Shown one piece after another: positions 39,176 through 48,500 of a DNA stretch of 64,000 nt. The notes below the pieces were generated by a model. The model had not been told where the DNA came from. It worked only from the letters and a program-made list of their open reading frames with translations, and ran no database searches. The number at the start of each line of letters is the position of its first letter. The stretch's first letter is position 1. Location: contig JAAFJM010000009.1 in assembly GCA_013298895.1 (NCBI GenBank), positions 18,619 through 82,618 of the forward strand, in the 5' to 3' direction. Made by a program: the position numbers and the translations under genes. The stretch is from Bacteroidota bacterium (GTDB lineage: Bacteria > Bacteroidota > Bacteroidia > UKL13-3).

Positions 39176-42100
39176 ATGAAGAAACTTTTTTACCTATTAG
39201 CTTTTACCTACCTAATGGTATTTAGCAAAACTACTTTTGCAAGTCATTTTGCTGGATGCGATATTAGCTATGCTTGTACCTCTACCCCAAATATTTACAA
39301 AGTAACCATGAAAATTTACAGAAGTTGTTCTGGAGTTAACTTCTGCTCTGGTTGTACAAACCCAATTCCAACTGGTAATGTTACAGGTTGTACTACATCA
39401 TCATCAAGTTTTGTTAATAGTATAACTGGTGCCACCGGAACTTTTACAGGCATAAATTATGGTTCATTCAACCTAAATGCATTACCCGGTACAGGTATAG
39501 ACATTGTTGTAACTTGTGACAATTTTAAAACCATTTGTACCAATTGCAACACACGTACTCCAGGCACATACAGTCCAGGTTTAGAAGTTTATGAATTTGA
39601 AGGTAATGTGAATTTATCAGCTATACCTGCTGCATGTTGCAAAGTAATTTTAGGAACAAGCACTTGCTGTTGGAACGGAGGAATTACCACCTTTAATCCT
39701 AGTAGTTTTTATACAGAAGCTATTTTAGATAGATGCCAAACTATTTGCAATTCTGCTCCTATATTTACTAATAATGCAAGACCAATAATTTGCAGTGGCA
39801 TTGATTTTACATATAATTTAGGAGCTATAGACCCTGATGGAGATTCTTTAAGTTATGAATTTGCACCTTCATTAGAAGCCGCCAACTCCAATGTTGCATA
39901 TGTTACACCTTATGGTATTAACAATCCATTTCCTTATTTAGGTGCTCCAAACCCTAATGCATTGTATCCAGCGGGATTACAAATTTTGCCAACAAACGGA
40001 GATATTAGATTTAGACCAATGGGTGTGTTTTCGACTAATTTAGCAATTGGAGTATTTCAGTGGAAATATTTAAATGGCGTTTGGATTAATGTAGGTTATA
40101 CAAGGCGTGACGTTCAAATGGAAACTAGACCTTGTTTTTCAAATAAAGCTTCAATTATAAAAATATATAAAAATGGTATTAGACAGTTTAATAACAACTA
40201 TGAATTAGTAGCAGGACAGCCATTTTGTTTAGATTTAGTTTGCGAAGACCAACAAGATTTGACTATTACTCCTCCAATTAATTCTGATACAACTGAATTA
40301 ACATGGAATAATCCAGGAATTTTTGATTCTACAATGAGTAATGCCACTTTTACAGCTAATTATATTTTATCACAAAGAGGAATGAATGGGCCAAAGGCTG
40401 ATAGTTTTAAATTTTGTTGGACCCCACCAATTAATGCAATTAGAAAAACACCTCACTTTTTCACAGTAATTGGTAATGAAAAGTTATGCCCAATTAAATT
40501 AGGTATTATTTCAGGAATAAGCTTAAAAGTTAGTCCTACACATATTATTATTGATAGCATAATAACAAAAAAAACATTTTGTAACAATAAAATAACAAAT
40601 ACGAATGTAAAATACCAATCAAGAGGAATAAGTCTACTTGTCAACAATTTATTTACTGTTCAATTGTCCGATTCGTTAGGCTCATTTACTAATCCTAGCA
40701 CAATTGGAACTAAAACCAGTACTGATACTATTGGTTTAATTGTAGTTAACATTCCTGCTAATTTACCTTTAAATAAAAATTATAAAATACGTGTAAATTG
40801 TAGTTCCGATAATACTTTAAAAGGAATTGAAATGTCTATTAGTTTTGTTGGAGGTTTTACTAAACCAAGCATTACCAGTAATAAAGATTCAATTTGTAAT
40901 GGTTTAACCGCCAATTTACAAACATCTCATATTGGAGCTGGTTATGTATACAAATGGCTAAAAAACAACCAATTTATAGCGAATGCCACTAATAATAATT
41001 TAACCATTAATAATGATAGCAACTACCGCGTAATTGTTTCTAATACTGGTTGTACTGATACCTCGTTGGTTAAAAAAATTACTATCTTACCAAAACCAAT
41101 AGCCAATATTGGAATAAGTACTTTTTGTGCATCGCCTAATGCTGTAAATATTGTTAATTCATCAACCATAGCTAGCGGAACCATGAGTTATAATTGGACC
41201 TTTAGCGATAATACCACTTCTGCTATTTTATCGCCAAGTAAAACATTTATTGACTCAGGTTCAATTACTGCTAATCTAGTGGTTACCTCTAACTTCAATT
41301 GCAAAGATTCAGTAATCAAAACAATTATTATCAATAGTACACCAAAAGCTAATTTTAATATTAACGATACCTTGCAATGTGTAACTGGAAATCGGTTTAC
41401 ATTATTGAATACCACTACAGGTGGTAGTATTTATAATTGGAATTTTGGAGATAATACAACCAATAACAATGTAAATAATAATAAAGTTTACATCAATGCT
41501 GGAAATTATGCTATCAAATTAGTGGCCTCTGCCAGTGGTTGTAGTGATAGTATTGTTAAAAATGTAAACGTAGTTGCTAAAGCTACCAATGTTGATTTTT
41601 CGGTAAATCAAATGAGCCAATGTTTGCGTGGAAACAATTTTGTGTTTACCAATAATAGTAATCCCAATAATACTACCTTAAGTTATTTATGGACTTTTGA
41701 TAATTTTACAACTTCCACTTTGCGCAATCCTGCTAATTTTTCAACCAATAAAGTGGGTGTAGTTCCAGTTAGTTTGGTGGTAGTTGCCAATGAAAAATGT
41801 ATTGATACCATTTCTAAAAATATTACGGTAACTGCTAATCCGCAAATTGGTACTATTTTAGGGAATGTTAATCCAAATAGTAATGCCACTCCATTTACCT
41901 ATTCGGTATTAAATCAAGCTAATAGCACTTACAATTGGACTGCAACGAACGCTACTGTTCAATCAGGACAAGGAACTAATCAAATCAGTGTGTTATTTAC
42001 CAATGCTGGCAATGCTAAAATTGTAGCGCAAATTACTGATAATAATAATTGTACAGATTCTAATTCATTAAATTTAGCAGTTACTGTTGGCATAAATGAA

Positions 42101-42343
42101 TTGAGTTTGGAAAATGATTTAAAAGTATTTCCAAATCCAACTAAATCAACACTTACCATAACTAATAAAACCAATATGTTAGGTAAAAAATATATTATAA
42201 CGAACCTAATTGGCCAAACAGTTCTTTCGGGTAAACTCAATTTAGACGAAACCGTTATCAATACTGAATCTTTAACCAAAGGTGTTTATTTATTAAGCAT
42301 TGAAGGTATGAACAAACAAGCCATTAAAATTATTAAAGAGTAA
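39176..42343 (+). CDS. T9SS type A-CTD secreted protein with Cys-rich N-terminal region and PKD domains
   Basis: Signal peptide, SHFAGCDISY, DPDGDSLSY, PKD-like repeats (YNWNFGD, YLWTFD) and a CTD with VFPNPT...GVYLL. Confidence 0.88.
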   Translation: MKKLFYLLAFTYLMVFSKTTFASHFAGCDISYACTSTPNIYKVTMKIYRSCSGVNFCSGCTNPIPTGNVTGCTTSSSSFVNSITGATGTFTGINYGSFNLNALPGTGIDIVVTCDNFKTICTNCNTRTPGTYSPGLEVYEFEGNVNLSAIPAACCKVILGTSTCCWNGGITTFNPSSFYTEAILDRCQTICNSAPIFTNNARPIICSGIDFTYNLGAIDPDGDSLSYEFAPSLEAANSNVAYVTPYGINNPFPYLGAPNPNALYPAGLQILPTNGDIRFRPMGVFSTNLAIGVFQWKYLNGVWINVGYTRRDVQMETRPCFSNKASIIKIYKNGIRQFNNNYELVAGQPFCLDLVCEDQQDLTITPPINSDTTELTWNNPGIFDSTMSNATFTANYILSQRGMNGPKADSFKFCWTPPINAIRKTPHFFTVIGNEKLCPIKLGIISGISLKVSPTHIIIDSIITKKTFCNNKITNTNVKYQSRGISLLVNNLFTVQLSDSLGSFTNPSTIGTKTSTDTIGLIVVNIPANLPLNKNYKIRVNCSSDNTLKGIEMSISFVGGFTKPSITSNKDSICNGLTANLQTSHIGAGYVYKWLKNNQFIANATNNNLTINNDSNYRVIVSNTGCTDTSLVKKITILPKPIANIGISTFCASPNAVNIVNSSTIASGTMSYNWTFSDNTTSAILSPSKTFIDSGSITANLVVTSNFNCKDSVIKTIIINSTPKANFNINDTLQCVTGNRFTLLNTTTGGSIYNWNFGDNTTNNNVNNNKVYINAGNYAIKLVASASGCSDSIVKNVNVVAKATNVDFSVNQMSQCLRGNNFVFTNNSNPNNTTLSYLWTFDNFTTSTLRNPANFSTNKVGVVPVSLVVVANEKCIDTISKNITVTANPQIGTILGNVNPNSNATPFTYSVLNQANSTYNWTATNATVQSGQGTNQISVLFTNAGNAKIVAQITDNNNCTDSNSLNLAVTVGINELSLENDLKVFPNPTKSTLTITNKTNMLGKKYIITNLIGQTVLSGKLNLDETVINTESLTKGVYLLSIEGMNKQAIKIIKE

Positions 42344-42360
42344 TCTTTCTACTTCCATCC

Positions 42361-42387
42361 AAAAGACCCCAGCAATCGGGTCTTTTT
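42361..42387 (+). terminator. Intrinsic terminator after the T9SS cargo gene
   Basis: aaaagaccc / gggtctttt stem with an 8-nt loop and a T tail. Confidence 0.8.
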
Positions 42388-42483
42388 GCTTTTAGAAAAT
42401 CGGTCAAAATTTCCAGTGGCAATACTTTTGATAAGGTAGGGTATAAAAAATAAAATAATTTTAGCATTAAATAACTAATCACC

Positions 42484-43056
42484 ATGAATAACGAGCAAGA
42501 GAAAGAGTTAACAAACGATTCAACTACAGAAAATACTGCCGAGAATCCAGTTAACGAAAGTGAGCAAACTGACAACACTGTCACTAATGAAGAACAAAAG
42601 GCAGAAGAACCAGTTAAAACTATTGAGCAAGAATTAGCCGAAGCAAAAGATAAATATTTACGCTTATACAGCGATTTTGAAAACTACAAACGCAGAACAG
42701 CTAAAGAAAGAATGGAATTGATGATGACTGCCAATAAAGAAGTTTTGGTGTCGTTAATTCCTGTATTAGACGATTTTGAACGTGCATCCAAAGCTATGGA
42801 AAAAGCCACTGAAGTGAGTGCTGTGAAAGAAGGTGTTGAGTTAGTAAGTCATAAATTAAAAACCATTTTAACTAATAAAGGTTTAAAGGAAATGGAAAGC
42901 ACTAACAAACCATTTGATAGCGAGTTTCATGAAGCCATTACCAATATTCCTGCACCTACTGAAGATATGAAAGGTAAAGTAATTGATACAGTAGAAAAAG
43001 GTTATTTGCTGAATGAAAGAGTGATTCGTTTTGCAAAAGTGGTTGTGGGAGAGTAG
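42484..43056 (+). CDS. grpE: Nucleotide exchange factor GrpE
   Basis: RLYSDFENYKRR, LIPVLDDFERA, FDSEFHEAI, KGYLL and RFAKVVV. Confidence 0.97.
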   Translation: MNNEQEKELTNDSTTENTAENPVNESEQTDNTVTNEEQKAEEPVKTIEQELAEAKDKYLRLYSDFENYKRRTAKERMELMMTANKEVLVSLIPVLDDFERASKAMEKATEVSAVKEGVELVSHKLKTILTNKGLKEMESTNKPFDSEFHEAITNIPAPTEDMKGKVIDTVEKGYLLNERVIRFAKVVVGE

Positions 43057-43112
43057 TTGAAGGGTTGATTGGTTAGCGGGTTAAAGGGTTAGTATATTGA
43101 TAAGTTGATGAG
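43057..43112 (+). repeat. Seven degenerate in-phase octamers directly after the grpE stop
   Basis: ttgaaggg ttgattgg ttagcggg ttaaaggg ttagtata ttgataag ttgatgag. Confidence 0.75.
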
Positions 43113-43210
43113 TAAAAAATAGATTATTAGATTAGAAATTTAAAACCTACAAAATTTTGTAATTTTTAAATATTTCAATCTTGTAATCTTATAATTGATA
43201 AGAAATTTAG

Positions 43211-44341
43211 ATGGCAAAAAGAGATTATTACGAAGTACTAGGACTAAGCAAAGGCGCATCGGAAGCAGATATTAAAAAGGCTTACCGACAAATGGCTATT
43301 AAATACCACCCTGATAAAAACCCGGGTGATGCTAAAGCTGAAGAAAAATTTAAAGAAGCAGCAGAAGCTTACGAAGTATTGAGCGATGGCAATAAAAAAG
43401 CTCGCTACGACCAATATGGACACGCTGGCACTGGAAGCCAAGGTGGCTATGGTGGAGGCGGTATGAACATGGACGATATATTTAGCCAATTTGGCGATGT
43501 TTTTGGAAATGATGGAAGCCCATTTGAATCGTTTTTTGGTGGTGGTGGTGGAAGAAGCCGTGGTGGACATCGCGGAGTTAGAGGAAGTAATATTCGCTTA
43601 AAAGTAAAATTAACTTTACAAGAAATAGCTACTGGAGTAGAAAAGAAACTAAAATTTGGTCGTTTGGTAATGGCCGAAGGATTGAGTTTTGAGACTTGTG
43701 GAACTTGTAAAGGTTCGGGTCAAGTGCGCAGAGTTACCAATACCTTTTTAGGTCAAATGGCTACTACAAGTGCCTGCCCTACCTGCCACGGAACCGGACG
43801 AATTATGGGTAAGCGCCCTGCAGGTTCTAATGCCGATGGCTTGGTAAATAAAGAAGAAGTAGTATCTGTAAATATTCCTGCCGGTGTAGCCAATGGCATG
43901 CAATTAAGCATGAGTGGTAAAGGTAATGCCGGTCCAATGGGCGGGCCTGCTGGTGATTTAATTATATTAATTGAAGAAGCCGAAGATGCAATTTTAAAAC
44001 GCGATGGCAATAATATAGTGTATGACTTGTACATTAATTTTGCTGATGTAGCTTTAGGAATGCAGGTAGAGGTACCAACTGTTGATGGAAAAGTAAAACT
44101 AAAAATTGATGCTGGCACACAAGCTGGAAAAATTTTACGTTTACGCGGTAAAGGTTTACCTGAGTTAAATACCAACTTTAAAGGCGATCAATTGATTCAT
44201 GTAAATGTTTGGACACCACAAAAGTTAAATAATGAAGAGCGTGAAATGTTAGAAAAATTGCGTGATTCAGAAAACTTTAGACCAAAACCAAATGCCAGTG
44301 ACAAAGGTTTTTTTGATAGAATGCGTGAGTTTTTTAACTAA
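43211..44341 (+). CDS. dnaJ: Chaperone DnaJ
   Basis: J-domain with HPD, a G/F-rich region, two CxxCxGxG motifs and the C-terminal substrate domain. Confidence 0.97.
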   Translation: MAKRDYYEVLGLSKGASEADIKKAYRQMAIKYHPDKNPGDAKAEEKFKEAAEAYEVLSDGNKKARYDQYGHAGTGSQGGYGGGGMNMDDIFSQFGDVFGNDGSPFESFFGGGGGRSRGGHRGVRGSNIRLKVKLTLQEIATGVEKKLKFGRLVMAEGLSFETCGTCKGSGQVRRVTNTFLGQMATTSACPTCHGTGRIMGKRPAGSNADGLVNKEEVVSVNIPAGVANGMQLSMSGKGNAGPMGGPAGDLIILIEEAEDAILKRDGNNIVYDLYINFADVALGMQVEVPTVDGKVKLKIDAGTQAGKILRLRGKGLPELNTNFKGDQLIHVNVWTPQKLNNEEREMLEKLRDSENFRPKPNASDKGFFDRMREFFN

Positions 44342-44376
44342 ATAATCCTTAACAGGTTTTTCTGCTTTTTGTCCTT

Positions 44377-44396
44377 GGTTGGTGGCCTCACCAATC
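44377..44396. repeat. REP-like palindrome of the same family as 39006
   Basis: ggttggtg gcct caccaatc, between convergent genes. Confidence 0.6.
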
Positions 44397-44433
44397 ACTG
44401 AAAACAAGATAGATTCATAGATTGTACAATTCG

Positions 44434-45420
44434 TTAAATCTGAATATTCTTTAAATAATCATAGGCGTTTTTTATATCATAATGTGCAAGTAAACTTGGG
44501 TTTGCTTGCACATTTTTGTTTTCAATGGCTTGTATAACATCGGCTATATTGGTGGCAGCATAACTTTTACTTTCGTTTACCAAATCTAACAAACCTGCTT
44601 TGGCATAAGCTATAACAGGTGTTCCAACCAAAATACTTTCATGAGCTACACGATTCCAACCTTCGTTTATGGCAGTTAAAGCCAAAGTAAATTCACTAAT
44701 AGCCATTTGAGTTAAATAATCCTCAAAATGCTCAAAATAAACCACTTCGTAATCGTTGGTTTTTTTTGCAAAATCTTTAAAATTGGTACTAAAATAACAA
44801 TAATATCCTTTTGCTTTAAGCTGTTTGGCCACTTCAAATACATCAGGATGGTTTTTAAAACTCCATTGCCCTAAATGAATTTGTCTGTTACTTTTTTGTT
44901 CAGGCATCAAAGTCAAAACTCTGTTATTTTCGTAATAAGTATTATCAAAGAAATTAGGAAAAAGATAAACCTGAATATTATTATTGATTTTATTTTTAAA
45001 ATAATTTACCCAAAAAGGGGCAACTGCTACAATGGAAATATTTTTACTAGGCAAATTTCTAAGTAAAAAATACAGCAAATGGTAATACCATTTTAGCCAA
45101 ATTGATTTACCATCATCCTCATCAAAATTATGTAATACAATATAAACTTTATTTTTAGTAACTAAATTGCGAAGCACAGCAAATACAGCTACTCTAACTA
45201 CTACAATATTGTAATTTCCATTAGCTTTTAAACCCAATAAAAATAACTTTACATAGGCAAAAGGATTTTCAAAAAATCTATTCGGTCGCTCAATAATTAG
45301 CTCACATTTTTCATTTTCAGTTGTTAAAAACTGGGTGAGTTGTTGAGCAAAAAACAGCTCGTGCTTATACCCGCCTGTTTCATATTTTCCATAGGAAATG
45401 TATTTTACTTTTAAACTCAA
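44434..45420 (-). CDS. Glycosyltransferase, GT-B/GT4-like
   Basis: TGG N-terminal motif and EGWNRVAHESILVGTPVI. TTG start. Confidence 0.75.
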   Translation of the reverse strand: MSLKVKYISYGKYETGGYKHELFFAQQLTQFLTTENEKCELIIERPNRFFENPFAYVKLFLLGLKANGNYNIVVVRVAVFAVLRNLVTKNKVYIVLHNFDEDDGKSIWLKWYYHLLYFLLRNLPSKNISIVAVAPFWVNYFKNKINNNIQVYLFPNFFDNTYYENNRVLTLMPEQKSNRQIHLGQWSFKNHPDVFEVAKQLKAKGYYCYFSTNFKDFAKKTNDYEVVYFEHFEDYLTQMAISEFTLALTAINEGWNRVAHESILVGTPVIAYAKAGLLDLVNESKSYAATNIADVIQAIENKNVQANPSLLAHYDIKNAYDYLKNIQI

Positions 45421-45507
45421 AATGTTAAATATTTATCCAATTAAAGCTAGCAATTTAACAAATTGTAAAAAATACCAAACAAATACTTTTTATATACCCT
45501 GAGCAGT

Positions 45508-45515
45508 TATATTTG
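45508..45515 (+). promoter_or_regulatory. Bacteroidota -7 promoter element
   Basis: TATATTTG matches TAnnTTTG, 17 bp before the C25 gene start. Confidence 0.5.
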
Positions 45516-45532
45516 TTTGATTTATAATTTGA

Positions 45533-48500
45533 ATGAAAAAACTACTAATAATCGTAACAATTTTATTTTTAAAACTAAATGGATTTGCCCAAGTTATGGG
45601 TAACGAATGGATTAAAACTAATCAACCATATTACAAAATAAAAATTGTAGAACAAGGCATTTATAAAATTGATTCGAATACTTTGGCTCAACTTGGTGTT
45701 AACCTTACAGGCTTAAATCCAAATAGATTTCAAATATTTAAGAATGGCCAAGAACAAGCTTGTTACATTTATGGAGAATCGGATGCCATCTTTAATTCAG
45801 ATGATTACTTAATTTTTTATGGAACTAAAAATGATGGAACTTTAGATACTGAACTTTATAAAAACGCCTACGATCAGCCACATCAATACAATAGTTTGTT
45901 TAGCGATACTTCAGTTTATTTTCTTACCATATTACCCAATAATAGTGCCATTTTAGGAAAACGATTTACAAAGTTTAATGAAACAAATTACAATGCCTAC
46001 ACAGCTGAAAACTACTTTATAAATGAAATAATAGAAGCACCATTAGAAGAATATTATAGAGGAAAATCGGAATTAGTAGGACCAGGTGATTTTTACTATT
46101 TTTCGGAGTACACATCTGGAGAAAGTTGGGTTGATGTAAGATTTGGTTTAGGTGAAAATAAAACATATTCACTCAACACCCCTCACCTATTTGCTGGAGG
46201 GCCGGAAGCCATTTTAGAAACAAAAGTTTTTGGTGTAAGTGATGATAAATCAAATAAGATAAACCATCATTTAAAGTTTGGTATTAGCAATGACAATACT
46301 AATTATACAACGCTTAAGGATACCACATACACAGGTTATACCGAAACTAATTATTACAATATTTTATCAAATTCATTAATAGGAAATACAACCCATATTA
46401 AATTTGAAAATATCCCAGACCTGAATTTAAGTAGTGACTACAACTCTATTTCGTTAATCAAATTGAAGTATGCCTGTCTATTTGATTTTCAAAACTATAA
46501 AGATTTACTTTTTAAGCACAAAACTCAACAAAATGCTTCAAGAATATATTTTCAAATTAACAATTACAGTAAATCAAAGCCAGTTATTTTAGATTTAAAA
46601 AATAACATTATTTCTACCTGCAATCTCATAGGAAATACATTAAATTCCCTAACTCCTAACTTTAACAACGAACAACTTTTCTACATTTTTGATGAATCAG
46701 ATATTAGGTCTATTGGTTCACTTGAGTTAGTAAACATGAATTATATTCAACCCAATTTAAATACCGAATTTTTAATTATTTCAAATAAAAAAATAGAAAC
46801 AGCTGCCATTGCTTATAAAAATTATCGTACACAAAAATTTAACACATCCTTAGTTTATAGCAATGATTTGTATAACCAATTTTATTATGGATACGAGCAC
46901 CCATTAGCAGTATCACATTTATTAAAATACTTATATAACAATCAAACCATTAAACCAAGTTACCTACTTTTATTGGGACGAGGGTATCAAAATAATTTAA
47001 TAAGAAATGGTTTCCAGGATGCCTACAACAATAATTTAGTACCTGCCATAGGCGAACCATCGAGCGACCATATGTTTAGTATAGGTTTGAATCAAAGTAT
47101 GCCTTATACACCTGCTTTGGCTACAGGAAGAATTCCAGCAGCCAATAATGAAGAAGCATTTAATTATCTCAACAAACTTATTAATTATGAAAAAGATACC
47201 ATTTTTGATATTGATTGGAGAAAACAAGTATTGCATGTTTCGGGAGGAAGTGGAAGCGAACAAATAGATTATACAAATCAAGCCAATTATAACAAATCGC
47301 TTATTAGTAACTTATATTATGGTGCTAATGTAACTTCGTTTAATAAAAACACAAGTGGTACAGTACAAACCGATTTTAAGCCAATATTGATAAAGGAGTT
47401 AAACAGTGGAAAAAGTATGATGACTTTTTTAGGACACGGTTCTTTATCGGTATTGGATGTTGATTTTGGAAGGATAAGCGATATGCAAAACACCAATAAG
47501 TATACTTTCTTTTATTTTAATGGGTGCAATATTGGAAATGCAAATGATGCTGACCCACAAGGAAGTGGTAATATTTATGGAAAAGATTTTATAGTAGCAC
47601 CTAATAAAGGAGCAATAGGTTGGCTAGCACACTCTAACCTAACTCTGAGCAATCAACTCTTTATACAGATGAATACCTTTTATAAAAATTTCAGTAAGGA
47701 TTATTATGGAAGTAGTATTGGTAAAATTATTCAGCAAACATTAGCCGTAACTACTGTTTCAGGTGGACTATACGAGGTTTCACATGGTAATCAAATATTA
47801 TTTCAAGGAGATCCTGCATTAAGAATTGGAAGTCCTTTGCTTCCAGATTATGAAATAAAAAATACTGATGTTTTTTTATCAGATAAAAACATAACTGCAT
47901 TAGTGGATTCTTTTGAAATAAATGGTATTGTAAAAAATTTAGGTAAAGCAAATAATGATACCGTGTTTGTATTAATTGAACATACTACCTCCTCCAATAA
48001 TTTAACTTACAGGTATGATAGTATTTTACTTATAACACCTTTATACAAAGATACCTTTTCGGTTAAATTACCAGGAAAAGGAAAATCAATGATTGGCGAT
48101 AATATATTTAAAATAACCATAGATTATCTAAACTTAAAAAATGAAATTAATGAAATAAATAATGAAACTACTGTAACAAAGTTCATTCCTGGTAGTGGCA
48201 TTAATACAATTTATCCAACAAATTATTCAATAGTCAACAGCGATAGTGTTGAACTTGTCGCACAAAACAACGATTTACGTACAGAGAATAAAGAATATAT
48301 TTTTGAAATAGATAATTCGCATTTATTCAATACAAATTCCCCTTTTTATCAAACATCTGGTATTATAAATGCTAATGATTTAGTAAAATGGAAAATTAAA
48401 TTAAACAGTAGTGATACCACTGTATATTACTGGAGGGTTAAAATAAATGTACCCGAAACGCAAGGAGGTATTTGGAACAATGCATCATTCACAAAAATAC

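Noticed and set aside
43244-44175. Long antisense ORFs opposite dnaJ, and other short antisense or overlapping ORFs in the track (e.g. 49147-49608, 49762-50151, 56645-56875)
   Set aside because: Shadow frames of well-supported genes with no motifs of their own.
42484-44341. grpE-dnaJ without dnaK or hrcA
   Set aside because: This is the usual arrangement in Bacteroidota.
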